This document shows positions 12,201 to 22,941 of a stretch of DNA of 64,000 bases, piece by piece. The position numbers and the translations under genes are program-made. The stretch is from Balanoglossus misakiensis (taxonomy: Eukaryota > Animalia > Hemichordata), in the NCBI GenBank assembly GCA_040954595.2, contig CM082586.2, positions 10,447,337 to 10,511,336 on the forward strand, read 5' to 3'. The notes under the pieces are model-generated. The model was not told the DNA's origin, made no database searches, and saw only the letters and a program-made list of their open reading frames with translations. How positions within the stretch are numbered: the first letter of the stretch is position 1; every line of letters begins with the position of its first letter.

Positions 12201-15092
12201 TTTTGAAAAAAACCATTGGGGGAAAATCATCAAAAAATGACAAATTTTCGACTTTGCAAAATCTCAAAATTTCGTCGATTTTGAAAAAAAACCATTGGGG
12301 GAAAATCATCAAAAAATTACAAATTTTCGACTTTGCAAAATCTCAACATTTCGTCGATTTTTGAAAAAAATCATGGGTGAAAATCATCAAAAAATGACAA
12401 ATTTTCGACTTTGAAAAATCTCAAAATTTCGTCGATTTTGAAAAAAATCATAGGTTCGTCGATTTTAAAAAAAAAACATGGGTGAAAATCATCAAAAAAT
12501 GACAAATTTTCGACTTTGCAAAATCTCAAAATTTCGTCGGTTTTTGAAAAATAATATGGTTGAAAATCATCAAAAAATGACAAAATTATCGACTTTGCAA
12601 AATCTCAACATTTCGTCGATTTTTGAAAAAAATCATGGGTGAAAATCATCAAAAAATGACAAATTTTCGACTTTGCAAAATCTCAAAATTTCGTCGATTT
12701 TGAAAAAAATCATAGGTTCGTCGATTTAAAAAAAAAAAACATGGGTGAAAATCATCAAAAAATGACAAATTTTCGACTTTGCAAAATCTCACAATTTCGT
12801 CGATTTTTGAAAAAAATCATGGGAGAAAATCATCAAAAAATGACAAATTTTCGACTTTGCAAAATCTCAACATTTCGTCGATTTTTGAAAAAAATCATGG
12901 GTGAAAATCATCAAAAAATGACAAATTTTCGACTTTGCAAAATCTCAACATTTCGTCGATTTTTGAAAAAAATCATGGGTGAAAATCATCAAAAAATGAC
13001 AAATTTTCGACTTTGCAAAATCTCAAAATTTCGTCGATTTTGAAAAAAATCATAGGTTCGTCGTTTTTTTTAAAAAAAAACATGGGTGAAAATCATCAAA
13101 AAATGACAAATTTTTGACTTTGCAAAATCTCACAATTTCGTCGATTTTTGAAAAAAATCATGGGTGAAAATCATCAAAAAATGACAAATTTTCGACTTTG
13201 CAAAATCTCAAAATTTCGTCCATTTTAAAAAAAAAACATGGGGGAAAATCATCAAAAAATGACAAATTTTCGACTTTGCAAAATCTCAAAATTTCGTCGA
13301 TTTTGAAAAAAACCATTGGGGGAAAATCATCAAAAAATGACAAATTTTCGACTTTGCAAAATCTCAAAATTTCGTCGATTTTGAAAAAAAACCATTGGGG
13401 GAAAATCATCAAAAAATTACAAATTTTCGACTTTGCAAAATCTCAACATTTCGTCGATTTTTGAAAAAAATCATGGGTGAAAATCATCAAAAAATGACAA
13501 ATTTTCGACTTTGAAAAATCTCAAAATTTCGTCGATTTTGAAAAAAATCATAGGTTCGTCGATTTTAAAAAAAAAACATGGGTGAAAATCATCAAAAAAT
13601 GACAAATTTTCGACTTTGCAAAATCTCACAATTTTGTCGATTTTTGAAAAAAATCATGGGAGAAAATCATCAAAAAATGACAAATTTTCGACTTTGCAAA
13701 ATCTCAACATTTCGTCGATTTTTGAAAAAAAACATGGGTGAAAATCATCAAAAAATGACAAATTTTGGACTTTGCAAAATCTTAAAATTTCGTCGATTTT
13801 TGAAAAAAAATCATGGGTGAAAATCATCAAAAAATGACACATTTTCGACTTTGCAAAATCTAAAAATTTCGTCGATTTTTGAAAAAAAATCATGGGTAAA
13901 AATCATCAAAAAATGACAAATTTTCGACTTTGCAAAATCTCACAATTTTGTCGATTTTTGAAAAAAATCATGGGAGAAAATCATCAAAAAATGACAAATT
14001 TTCGACTTTGCAAAATCTCAAAATTTCGTCGATTTTGAAAAAAATCATAGGTTCGTCGATTTAAAAAAAAAAAACATGGGTGAAAATCATCAAAAAATGA
14101 CAAATTTTCGACTTTGCAAAATCTCACAATTTCGTCGATTTTTGAAAAAAATCATGGGAGAAAATCATCAAAAAATGACAAATTTTCGACTTTGCAAAAT
14201 CTCAACATTTCGTCGATTTTTGAAAAAAATCATGGGTGAAAATCATCAAAAAATGACAAATTTTCGACTTTGCAAAATCTCAACATTTCGTCGATTTTTG
14301 AAAAAAATCATGGGTGAAAATCATCAAAAAATGACAAATTTTCGACTTTGCAAAATCTCAAAATTTCGTCGATTTTGAAAAAAAACCATTGGGGGAAAAT
14401 CATCAAAAAATTACAAATTTTCGACTTTGCAAAATCTCAACATTTCGTCGATTTTTGAAAAAAATCATGGGTGAAAATCATCAAAAAATGACAAATTTTC
14501 GACTTTGAAAAATCTCAAAATTTCGTCGATTTTGAAAAAAATCATAGGTTCGTCGATTTTAAAAAAAAAACATGGGTGAAAATCATCAAAAAATGACAAA
14601 TTTTCGACTTTGCAAAATCTCACAATTTTGTCGATTTTTGAAAAAAATCATGGGAGAAAATCATCAAAAAATGACAAATTTTCGACTTTGCAAAATCTCA
14701 ACATTTCGTCGATTTTTGAAAAAAATCATGGTTGAAAATCATCAAAAAATGACAAAATTTTCGACTTTGCAAAATCACACAATTTCGTCGATTTTGAAAA
14801 AAATCATAGGTTCGTCGATTTTAAAAAAAAAAACATGGGTGAAAATCATCAAAAAATGACAAATTTTCGACTTTGCAAAATCTTAAAATTTCGTCGATTT
14901 TTGAAAAAAAATCATGGGTGAAAATCATCAAAAAATGACACATTTTCGACTTTGCAAAATCTAAAAATTTCGTCGATTTTTGAAAAAAAATCATGGGTAA
15001 AAATCATCAAAAAATGACAAATTTTCGACTTTGCAAAATCTCAAAATTTCGTCGATTTTGAAAAAAAACATTGGGGGAAAATCATCAAAAAA
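294..15092. repeat. 78-bp AT-rich tandem satellite, block 1
   Basis: Consensus AAAATCATCAAAAAATGACAAATTTTCGACTTTGCAAAATCTCAAAATTTCGTCGATTTTTGAAAAAAATCATGGGTG. The 26-aa periodicity of the spurious ORFs confirms the 78-bp period. Longer (~105-107 bp) variants containing CATAGGTTCGTCG are interspersed. Confidence 0.98.
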
Positions 15093-15093
15093 T

Positions 15094-15119
15094 AGCGTCA
15101 AGGACACTGTGGTCCCATT
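15094..15119 (-). other. Helentron 3' end: subTIR plus short stem-loop
   Basis: Minus strand reads AATGGGACC-AC-AGTGTC-CTT-GACGCT-A followed by a T tract: a 6-bp stem with one G:T pair. Identical to 42474-42499. Confidence 0.85.
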
Positions 15120-15160
15120 TGAGGACATAGCTCATAGCAACATAGCAATAAGCATATCTA

Positions 15161-16075
15161 CTCTGGATGCCAAGATATGGAAAAGTAGGTCAAAGGTCAC
15201 CTGAGGTCATGCAAAATTTGGGCAAGACATTTTGACCCTATACTGGTCCATGTTCAACAAAACAAAACCTATAGCCCTATTGGTTAGCCTGGAATTAGGT
15301 ATGCACATAATTAATGAGATATGCAGGTGTCACAGGTGACCTTCAATTTTGGCTTTTCAATTTTAGTCCCAACCCTCCAAACGCCAAGTCTGTACCTGCT
15401 CTGGATGCCAAGATATGGAAAAGTAGGTCAAAGGTCACCTGAGGTCATGCAAAATTTGGGTAAGAAATTTTGACCCTATACTGGTCCATGCTCAACAAAA
15501 ACCAAAAGTATAGCCCTATTGGTTAGCCTGGAATTAGGTATGCACATAATTAATGAGATATGCAGGTGTCACAGGTGACCTTCAATTTTGGCTTTTCAAT
15601 TTTAGTCCCAACCCTCCAAACGCCAAGTCTGTACCTGCTCTGGATGCCAAGATATGGAAAAGTAGGTCAAAGGTCACCTGAGGTCATGCAAAATTTGGGT
15701 AAGAAATTTTGACCCTATACTGGTCCATGCTCAACAAAAACCAAAAGTATAGCCCTATTGGTTAGCCTGGAATTAGGTATGCACATAATTAATGAGATAT
15801 GCAGGTGTCACAGGTGACCCATATTTTGGCTTTTCAATTTTAGTCCCAACCCTCCAAACGCCAAGTCTGTACCTGCTCTGGATGCCGAGATATAGCAAAG
15901 TAGGTCAAAGGTCACCTGAGGTCACCCAAAATTTGGGCAAGAAATTTTGACCCTATACTGGTCCATGTCCCACAAGAACGAAACCTCTAGCCCTATTAGT
16001 TAGCCCGGAATTAGGTATGCACATAATTAATGTGTTAAGCAGGTGTTACAGGTAAGCCCAAAAATTTGCCTTTTA
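15161..16075. repeat. Internal ~239-bp tandem repeat of the HINE (~4 units)
   Basis: CTCTGGATGCC anchor recurs at 15161, 15399, 15638 and 15876. Confidence 0.95.
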
Positions 16076-16494
16076 TTTTGGCCCCATTGTGCTCACGGAC
16101 CAATAGACAGTCACTGTACAGGACTATTGCACAGACCAGAATTCCACAATAAGACGTGGACATAGCTTAACCATAGAGGTATAAGTAAAGTTATAAATTT
16201 AATAAAAAGACTAAAAAATTCATAAAAAATAAAACATCCATGATATTAACTTAACACTTACAGGTCGATGTGAGGTTGACATAAGGTACATGCATACCAA
16301 TTTTCAAAGCAATCTGACCAGTAGTTGTTGACTTTCAGAGTTTTGATAAATTTCACATTTTACTGGCTAATTTGCATATTTTTGGGCCTGGCAACTTCGT
16401 TTGGACAAACTCCCATCTACAGCCCAGCCTGCACCTACACACCAAATATTGAGGTGTTACGCGCAGCGGTTTTCAAGTTTTTGATGTGGACGGA

Positions 16495-16531
16495 CATACA
16501 GACATACATACATCCATACATACATCCATAC
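16495..16531. repeat. (CATA/CATC)n microsatellite next to the Helentron 5' end
   Basis: catacagacatacatacatccatacatacatccatac; position is typical of DINE-1/HINE architecture. Confidence 0.85.
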
Positions 16532-16550
16532 AGACGCAACCCATCCCATA

Positions 16551-16587
16551 AGGTCCCATGGTATATAGGCCTATACCAATGGGACCT
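16551..16587. other. Helentron 5' terminal palindrome containing the subTIR
   Basis: AGGTCCCAT-GGTATA-TAGGCC-TATACC-AATGGGACCT forms a near-perfect inverted repeat. Confidence 0.88.
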
Positions 16588-19500
16588 AAAAATGACAAAT
16601 TATCGACTTTGCAAAATCTCACAATTTCGTCGATTTTTGAAAAAAATCATGGGTGAAAATCATCAAAAAATGACAAATTTTCGACTTTGCAAAATCTCAA
16701 CATTTCGTCGATTTTTGAAAAAAATCATGGGTGAAAATCATCAAAAAATGACAAATTTTCGACTTTGCAAAATCTCAAAATTTCGTCGATTTTGAAAAAA
16801 ATCATAGGTTCGTCGATTTAAAAAAAAAAACGGGTGAAAATCATCAAAAAATGACAAATTTTCGACTTTGCAAAATCTCACAATTTCGTCGATTTTTGAA
16901 AAAAATCATGGGAGAAAATCATCAAAAAATGACAAATTTTCGACTTTGCAAAATCTCAACATTTCGTCGATTTTTGAAAAAAATCATGGGTGAAAATCAT
17001 CAAAAAATGACAAATTTTCGACTGTGCAAAATCTCAAAATTTCGTCGATTTTTGAAAAAAAATCATGGTTGAAAATCATCAAAAAATGACAAAATTTTCG
17101 ACTTTGCAAAATCACACAATTTCGTCGATTTTGAAAAAAATCATAGGTTCGTCGATTTTTAAAAAAAAACATGGGTGAAAATCATCAAAAAATGACAAAT
17201 TTTCGACTTTGCAAAATCTTAAAATTTCGTCGATTTTTTAAAAAAAATCATGGGTGAAAATCATCAAAAAATGACACATTTTCGACTTTGCAAAATCTTA
17301 AAATTTCGTCGATTTTTGAGAAAAATCATGGGTGAAAATCATCAAAAAATGACAAATTTTCGACTTTGCAAAATCTCAAAATTTCGTCGATTTTTGAAAA
17401 AAATCATGGGTGAAAATCATCAAAAAATGACAAATTTTCGACTTTGCAAAATCTCAAAATTTTGTCGATTTTTGAAAAAAATCATAAGTGAAAATCATCA
17501 AAAAATGACAAATTTTCGACTTCGCAAAATCTCAAAATTTCGTCAATTTTTGAAAAAATCAGGGGTAAAAATCATCAAAAAATGACAAATTTTCGTCTTT
17601 GCTAAATCTCAAAATTTCGTCGGTTTTTGAAAAATAATATGGGTGAAAATCATCAAAAAATGACAAATTTTCGACTTTGCAAAATCTCAAAATTTCGTCC
17701 ATTTTTGAAAAAAAATCATGGGTAAAAATCATCAAAAAATGACAAATTTTCGTCTTTGCAAAATCTCAAAATTTCGTCCATTTAAAAAAAAAACATGGGG
17801 GAAAATCATCAAAAAATGACAAATTTTCGTCTTTGCAAAATCTCAAAATTTCGTCCATTTAAAAAAAAAAACATGGGTGAAAATCATCAAAAAATGACAA
17901 ATTTTCGACTTTGCAAAATCTCAAAATTTCGTCGATTTTTGAAAAAAAATCATGGGTGAAAATCATCAAAAAATGACAAATTTTCGTCTTTGCAAAATCT
18001 CAAAATTTCGTCCATTTTAAAAAAAAAACATGGGGCAAAATCATCAAAAAATGACAAATTTTCGACTTTGCAAAATCTCAAAATTTCGTCGATTTTTGAA
18101 AAAAAATCATGGGTGAAAATCATCAAAAAAAGACAAATTTTCGTCTTTGCAAAATCTCAAAATTTCGTCCATTTTTGAATAAAAATCATGGGTAAAAATC
18201 ATCAAAAATGACAAATTTTCGTCTTTGCAAAATCTCAAATTTTCGTCGATTTTTGAAAAAAAATCATGGTTGAAAATCATCAAAAAATGACAAAATTTTC
18301 GACTTTGTAAAATCACAAAATTTCGTCGATTTTGAAAAAAATCATAGGTTCGTCGATTTTTTAAAAAAAAAACATGGGTGAAAATCATCAAAAAATGACA
18401 AATTTTCGATTATGCAAAATCTCAAAATTTCGTCGATTTTTGAAAAAAAATCATGGGTAAAAATCATCAAAAAATGACAAATTTACGTCTTTGCAAAATC
18501 TTAAAATTTCGTCGATTTTTGAAACAAATCATGGGTGAAAATCATCAAAAAATGACACATTTTCGACTTTGCAAAATCTAAAAATTTCGTCGATTTTTGA
18601 AAAATAATATGAGTGAAAATCATCAAAAAATGGCAAATTTTCGACTTTGCAAAATCTCAAAATTTCGTCCATTTAAAAAAAAAAAACATGGGGGAAAATC
18701 ATCAAAAACTGACAAATTTTCGACTTTGCAAAATCTCAAAATTTCGTCGATTTTTGAAAAAAAATCATGGGTGAAAATCATCAAAAAATGACAAATTTTC
18801 GTCTTTGCAAAATCTCAAAATTTCGTCCATTTTAAAAAAAAAACATGGGGCAAAATCATCAAAAAATGACAAATTTTCGACTTTGCAAAATCTCAAAATT
18901 TCGTCGATTTTTGAAAAAAAATCATGGGTGAAAATCATCAAAAAATGACAAATTTTCGTCTTTGCAAAATCTCAAAATTTCGTCCATTTTTGAATAAAAA
19001 TCATGGGTAAAAATCATCAAAAATGACAAATTTTCGTCTTTGCTATATCTCAAAATTTCGTCGGTTTTTGAAAAATAATATGGGTGAAAATCATCAAAAA
19101 ATGACAAATTTTCGACTTTGCAAAATCTTAAAATTTCGTCGATTTTTGAAAAAAATCATCAAAAAATGACAAATTTTCGACTTTGCAAAATCTCAAAATT
19201 TCGTCAATATTTGAAAAATTCATGGGTAAAAATCATCAAAAAATGACAAATTTTCGTCTTTGCTAAATCTCAAAATTTCGTCGGTTTTTGAAAAATAATA
19301 TGGGTGAAAATCATCAAAAAATGACAAATTTTCGACTTTGCAAAATCTCAAAATTTCGTCCATTTTTGAAAAAAAATCATGGGTAAAAATCATCAAAAAA
19401 TGACAAATTTTCGTCTTTGCAAAATCTCAAAATTTCGTCCATTTTAAAAAAAAAACATGGGGGAAAATCATCAAAAAATGACAAATTTTCGACTTTGCAA

Positions 19501-20122
19501 AATCTCAAAATTTCGTCGATTTTTGAAAAAAAATCATGGGTGAAAATCATCAAAAAATGACAAATTTTCGTCTTTGCAAAATCTCAAAATTTCGTCCATT
19601 TTTGAATAAAAATCATGGGTAAAAATAATCAAAAATGACAAATTTTCGTCTTTGCAAAATCTCAAATTTTCGTCGATTTTTGAAAAAAAATCATGGGAGA
19701 AAATCATCAAAAAATGACAAATTTTCGACTTTGCAAAATCTCAACATTTCGTCGATTTTTGAAAAAAATCATGGGTGAAAATCATCAAAAAATGACAAAT
19801 TTTCGACTTTGCAAAATCTCAACATTTCGTCGATTTTTGAAAAAAATCATGGGTGAAAATCATCAAAAAATGACAAATTTTCGACTTTGCAAAGTCTCAA
19901 CATTTCGTCGATTTTTGAAAAAATCATGGGTGAAAATCATCAAAAAATGACAAAATTTTCGACTTTGCAAAATCTCAAAATTTCGTCGATTTTGAAAAAA
20001 ATCATAGGTTCGTCGATTTTTTAAAAAAAAACATGGGTGAAAATCATCAAAAAATGACAAATTTTTGACTTTGCAAAATCTCACAATTTCGTCGATTTTC
20101 GTCCATTTAAAAAAAAATCATG
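16588..20122. repeat. 78-bp satellite, block 2
   Basis: Same consensus, resuming at AAAAATGAC. Monomers look more diverged around 17.2-19.7 kb. Confidence 0.97.
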
Positions 20123-20286
20123 TAGGTAACATTGCGATCAACGGCATAATGTTACCCAATTAAGCAACTCGAAAAGGGGCGCCCTCAACCTCAAACGAGC
20201 CTCAAAAATCCCATAATCCATCACTCACGGCCACTTCAAGGGTTCGGAGCGTGTCCTGCAGTGCTCGCTCTCTCTGCCTCAATTTC
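20123..20286 (+). repeat. Split direct repeat A1 (164 bp)
   Basis: TAGGTAACATT...CTCAATTTC, repeated at 25780, 30702 and 36360. Starts with the inverted repeat GGTAACATT/AATGTTACC. Confidence 0.93.
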
Positions 20287-20303
20287 AATTTCTCACCGTT
20301 ATT

Positions 20304-22220
20304 ATGGAGAACGCTGAACAACAGCTGCTGGATTTGGGAATAGAGCCCAGTCCAGTCGCCAAAAAGGGACCTGCAACTCGCAGTAAGACTACGACAAGAG
20401 CATCGACCTGTCGAAAAGTTCGCGTGGTCCCCCCCACCAAACTTTCCAAAGTACCAATGGCGTCAGCTCGTTCGAAAGGCGGGAAATGTAGCAAACCTGT
20501 CAAGGAAGAAGACACTTCATCTGACGGGGAAGATGTGAGGTCAGAGAAAGAGAAGTTGCAGGCGGAGATAGCGAGACTGCAGGAGCAATCTGAAGTAGAC
20601 AATTTAAGAAAACAACTAAAAGAAATGAAACTGGAGAAGGAACGACGCAGCCCGCCAGCCGCTTCGAGCGGAAGTCCCAGAAGTCACGACCTGAGTCAAC
20701 TCACGCTACCCGATCTCAAGAGGATGGCGAAAGAAGACTCACAATTGCAGTGGTCGTTACCATCAGGCAGTCCGTGGCTACCAGCGACAGGGGCCGCTGG
20801 CGGCGGTGAAGACCTCCAACCGAACCAACTCCTGGCACAGTCCGGTTTATACACAGCAGCGCAGAGCAAAGCAGGTAACGTACCAATGAAATCGATGCGG
20901 TTCAACACCAGAACCGATCGTGTGCGACAGCACGTCCTATGGCCGCACATGTTCGTCAGGGCTCGGACATTCTCGGGCGCCCCACCAAAATTCGATGATA
21001 TGTCAATGGCGGAATTTGTGGAAGGTAATCTCGCGATAGTGCAACTTCCTACTTTGAGTGACACAGAGAAACAGCAGCGATTACAACACTTACAGTCGCT
21101 TATGAAAGACGCCAATTTGTTCCCCTGGGACGCCATCTTGAAGTTCGAGGGCGCGCTCCTCTCTGACATGGAGTCAGGACTCAGAACATGGGCAAATGAC
21201 ACCGCAGATCTGAGAGAGCTATATTTGCTGCCGCGTATCGGCGAGATCAGACGGGATAAAACAGCGGACAAATCCAAAAAGAAGGATCAGATTAATGTAT
21301 GTTTCAAATACCAAAGTAACAAGTGCGAGAAGGAGGATTGCGCATTCAAACACATATGTGAAGCCTGCATGAAGTTGCGTAACAACCTGGCCAAGCATCC
21401 CAAGATTGCCAGCCCCTGGAAGGATAAGGCCTTTAGAGAGCAAGAGAGCAACAAGTTGACCGATAGTTCTGGCAAAGCAGAGGTAGATAAGTCTAAACAA
21501 GACTCTCATGACTGTGACAGCAATTTAATTCCTAAATTGAACCATAGAGTCAAAAGTTCAGGCACGGAGTGTAATATCAATGACTTTTATACATTGATGG
21601 GCATCACAGATCAGGCAGTGCACAAGTGTGATCGCTCTGTACAAACTGACATGGAGATTGATATTTCAAGAAGCCTGTCAATGTGCAACCCGGAGGTTTT
21701 GCGGGATGCTATTGTTAACCCTAGTAGTATTTCTGAACCAGTGCTTTCGATTGACGAGCCAGTAACATGTACCATTGCCAATGTTGCCTCTGAATATACA
21801 GGTTGTTTTGATACCTCTGTTAGCAGGGATAATGTTGACAAATACCTTTGTAAAACTCATACAGTTGATTTGATAGAACCTGATATTGAGACTGATCTTG
21901 ACAAGCAAATCCCTATTGAATCACTAGCCCATACCGTCGGTGATACCACTGAATTTGCATGTGAGATTAGCGCTCATGGTTCATCTGACGGTATGATCAG
22001 TGATGACCACGATGTCTTTGTTAGTGATATGTTTACTGTGGAAAATGTTCCAAATATGGGGCCTCCCAACCCCACCCTTGTTGATCACAGTGTTCCAGAC
22101 ACTTATCCACTGGGCAATGATATGCAGTATTCTGAGTTATCAGATACTCCCGTGGGCGGGGATGTCTGTCCCCCGTCGTCATGGCCACAAGGGTCACCCC
22201 TTGATTTAAAGCAGAGGTAG
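20304..22220 (+). CDS. gag: Gag-like ORF1, copy 1 (coiled coil, Cys/His zinc finger, acidic linker); ends at the 734-bp duplication junction
   Basis: ATG start, 638 aa, CFKYQSNKCEKEDCAFKHICEAC motif; occupies the gag position of a DIRS/Ngaro element. Confidence 0.85.
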   Translation: MENAEQQLLDLGIEPSPVAKKGPATRSKTTTRASTCRKVRVVPPTKLSKVPMASARSKGGKCSKPVKEEDTSSDGEDVRSEKEKLQAEIARLQEQSEVDNLRKQLKEMKLEKERRSPPAASSGSPRSHDLSQLTLPDLKRMAKEDSQLQWSLPSGSPWLPATGAAGGGEDLQPNQLLAQSGLYTAAQSKAGNVPMKSMRFNTRTDRVRQHVLWPHMFVRARTFSGAPPKFDDMSMAEFVEGNLAIVQLPTLSDTEKQQRLQHLQSLMKDANLFPWDAILKFEGALLSDMESGLRTWANDTADLRELYLLPRIGEIRRDKTADKSKKKDQINVCFKYQSNKCEKEDCAFKHICEACMKLRNNLAKHPKIASPWKDKAFREQESNKLTDSSGKAEVDKSKQDSHDCDSNLIPKLNHRVKSSGTECNINDFYTLMGITDQAVHKCDRSVQTDMEIDISRSLSMCNPEVLRDAIVNPSSISEPVLSIDEPVTCTIANVASEYTGCFDTSVSRDNVDKYLCKTHTVDLIEPDIETDLDKQIPIESLAHTVGDTTEFACEISAHGSSDGMISDDHDVFVSDMFTVENVPNMGPPNPTLVDHSVPDTYPLGNDMQYSELSDTPVGGDVCPPSSWPQGSPLDLKQR

Positions 22221-22941
22221 ATAAGTCTAAACAAGACTCTCATGACTGTGACAGCAATTTAATTCCTAAATTGAACCATAGAGTCAAAAGTGCAGGTACG
22301 GAGTGTAATATCAATGACTTTTATACATTGATGGGCATCACAGATCAGGCAGTGCACAAGTGTGATCGCTCTGTACAAACTGACATGGAGATTGATATTT
22401 CAAGAAGCCTGTCAATGTGCAACCCGGAGGTTTTGCGGGATGCTATTGTTAACCCTAGTAGTATTTCTGAACCAGTGCTTTCGATTGACGAGCCAGTAAC
22501 ATGTACCATTGCCAATGTTGCCTCTGAACACACAGGTTGTTTTGATACCTCTGTTAGCAGGGATAATGTTGACAAATACCTTTGTAAAACTCATACAGTT
22601 GATTTGATAGAACCTGATATTGAGACTGATCTTGACAAGCAAATCCCTATTGAATCACTAGCCCATACCGTCGGTGATACCACTGAATTTGCATGTGAGA
22701 TTAGCGCTCATGGTTCATCTGACGGTATGATCAGTGATGACCACGATGTCTTTGTTAGTGACATGTTTACTGTGGAAAATGTTCCAAATATGGGGCCTCC
22801 CAACCCCACCCTTGTTGATCACAGTGTTCCAGACACTTATCCACTGGGCAATGATATGCAGTATTCTGAGTTATCAGATACTCCCGTGGGCGGGGATGTC
22901 TGTCCCCCGTCGTCATGGCCACAAGCGTCACCCCCTGATTT
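21474..22941 (+). repeat. 734-bp direct tandem duplication in the gag/pol linker, copy 1
   Basis: AAAGCAGAGGTAGATAAG occurs at 21474 and 22208; the two halves differ at a few sites. Confidence 0.95.

Larger units (their letters stand above)
15093..16587 (-). mobile_element. Non-autonomous Helentron (HINE / DINE-1-like), 1495 bp
   Basis: Subterminal inverted repeats GGTCCCATT (15111-15119) / AATGGGACC (16578-16586), terminal hairpin 15094-15108, palindrome 16551-16587, CATA/CATC microsatellite and internal 239-bp repeats. Inserted in an A/T tract. Ends match the RepHel-encoding element at 42473-59214. Confidence 0.92.

Noticed and set aside
294-15092. CRISPR-like regular repeat
   Set aside because: Contiguous monomers without unique spacers, no cas genes, and a eukaryotic context.
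16325-16795. 156-aa ORF and its homolog at 58955-59266
   Set aside because: Non-ATG start, runs through the microsatellite and terminal palindrome into satellite; this is the non-coding Helentron end.
517-20084. Dozens of short ORFs (MGENHQKMTNFRLCKIS..., MQNLKISSILKK...) in the satellite, also at 37-42 kb and 59-64 kb
   Set aside because: They arise because 78 is divisible by 3. They are broken at random by A-tract length changes and appear in several frames on both strands.
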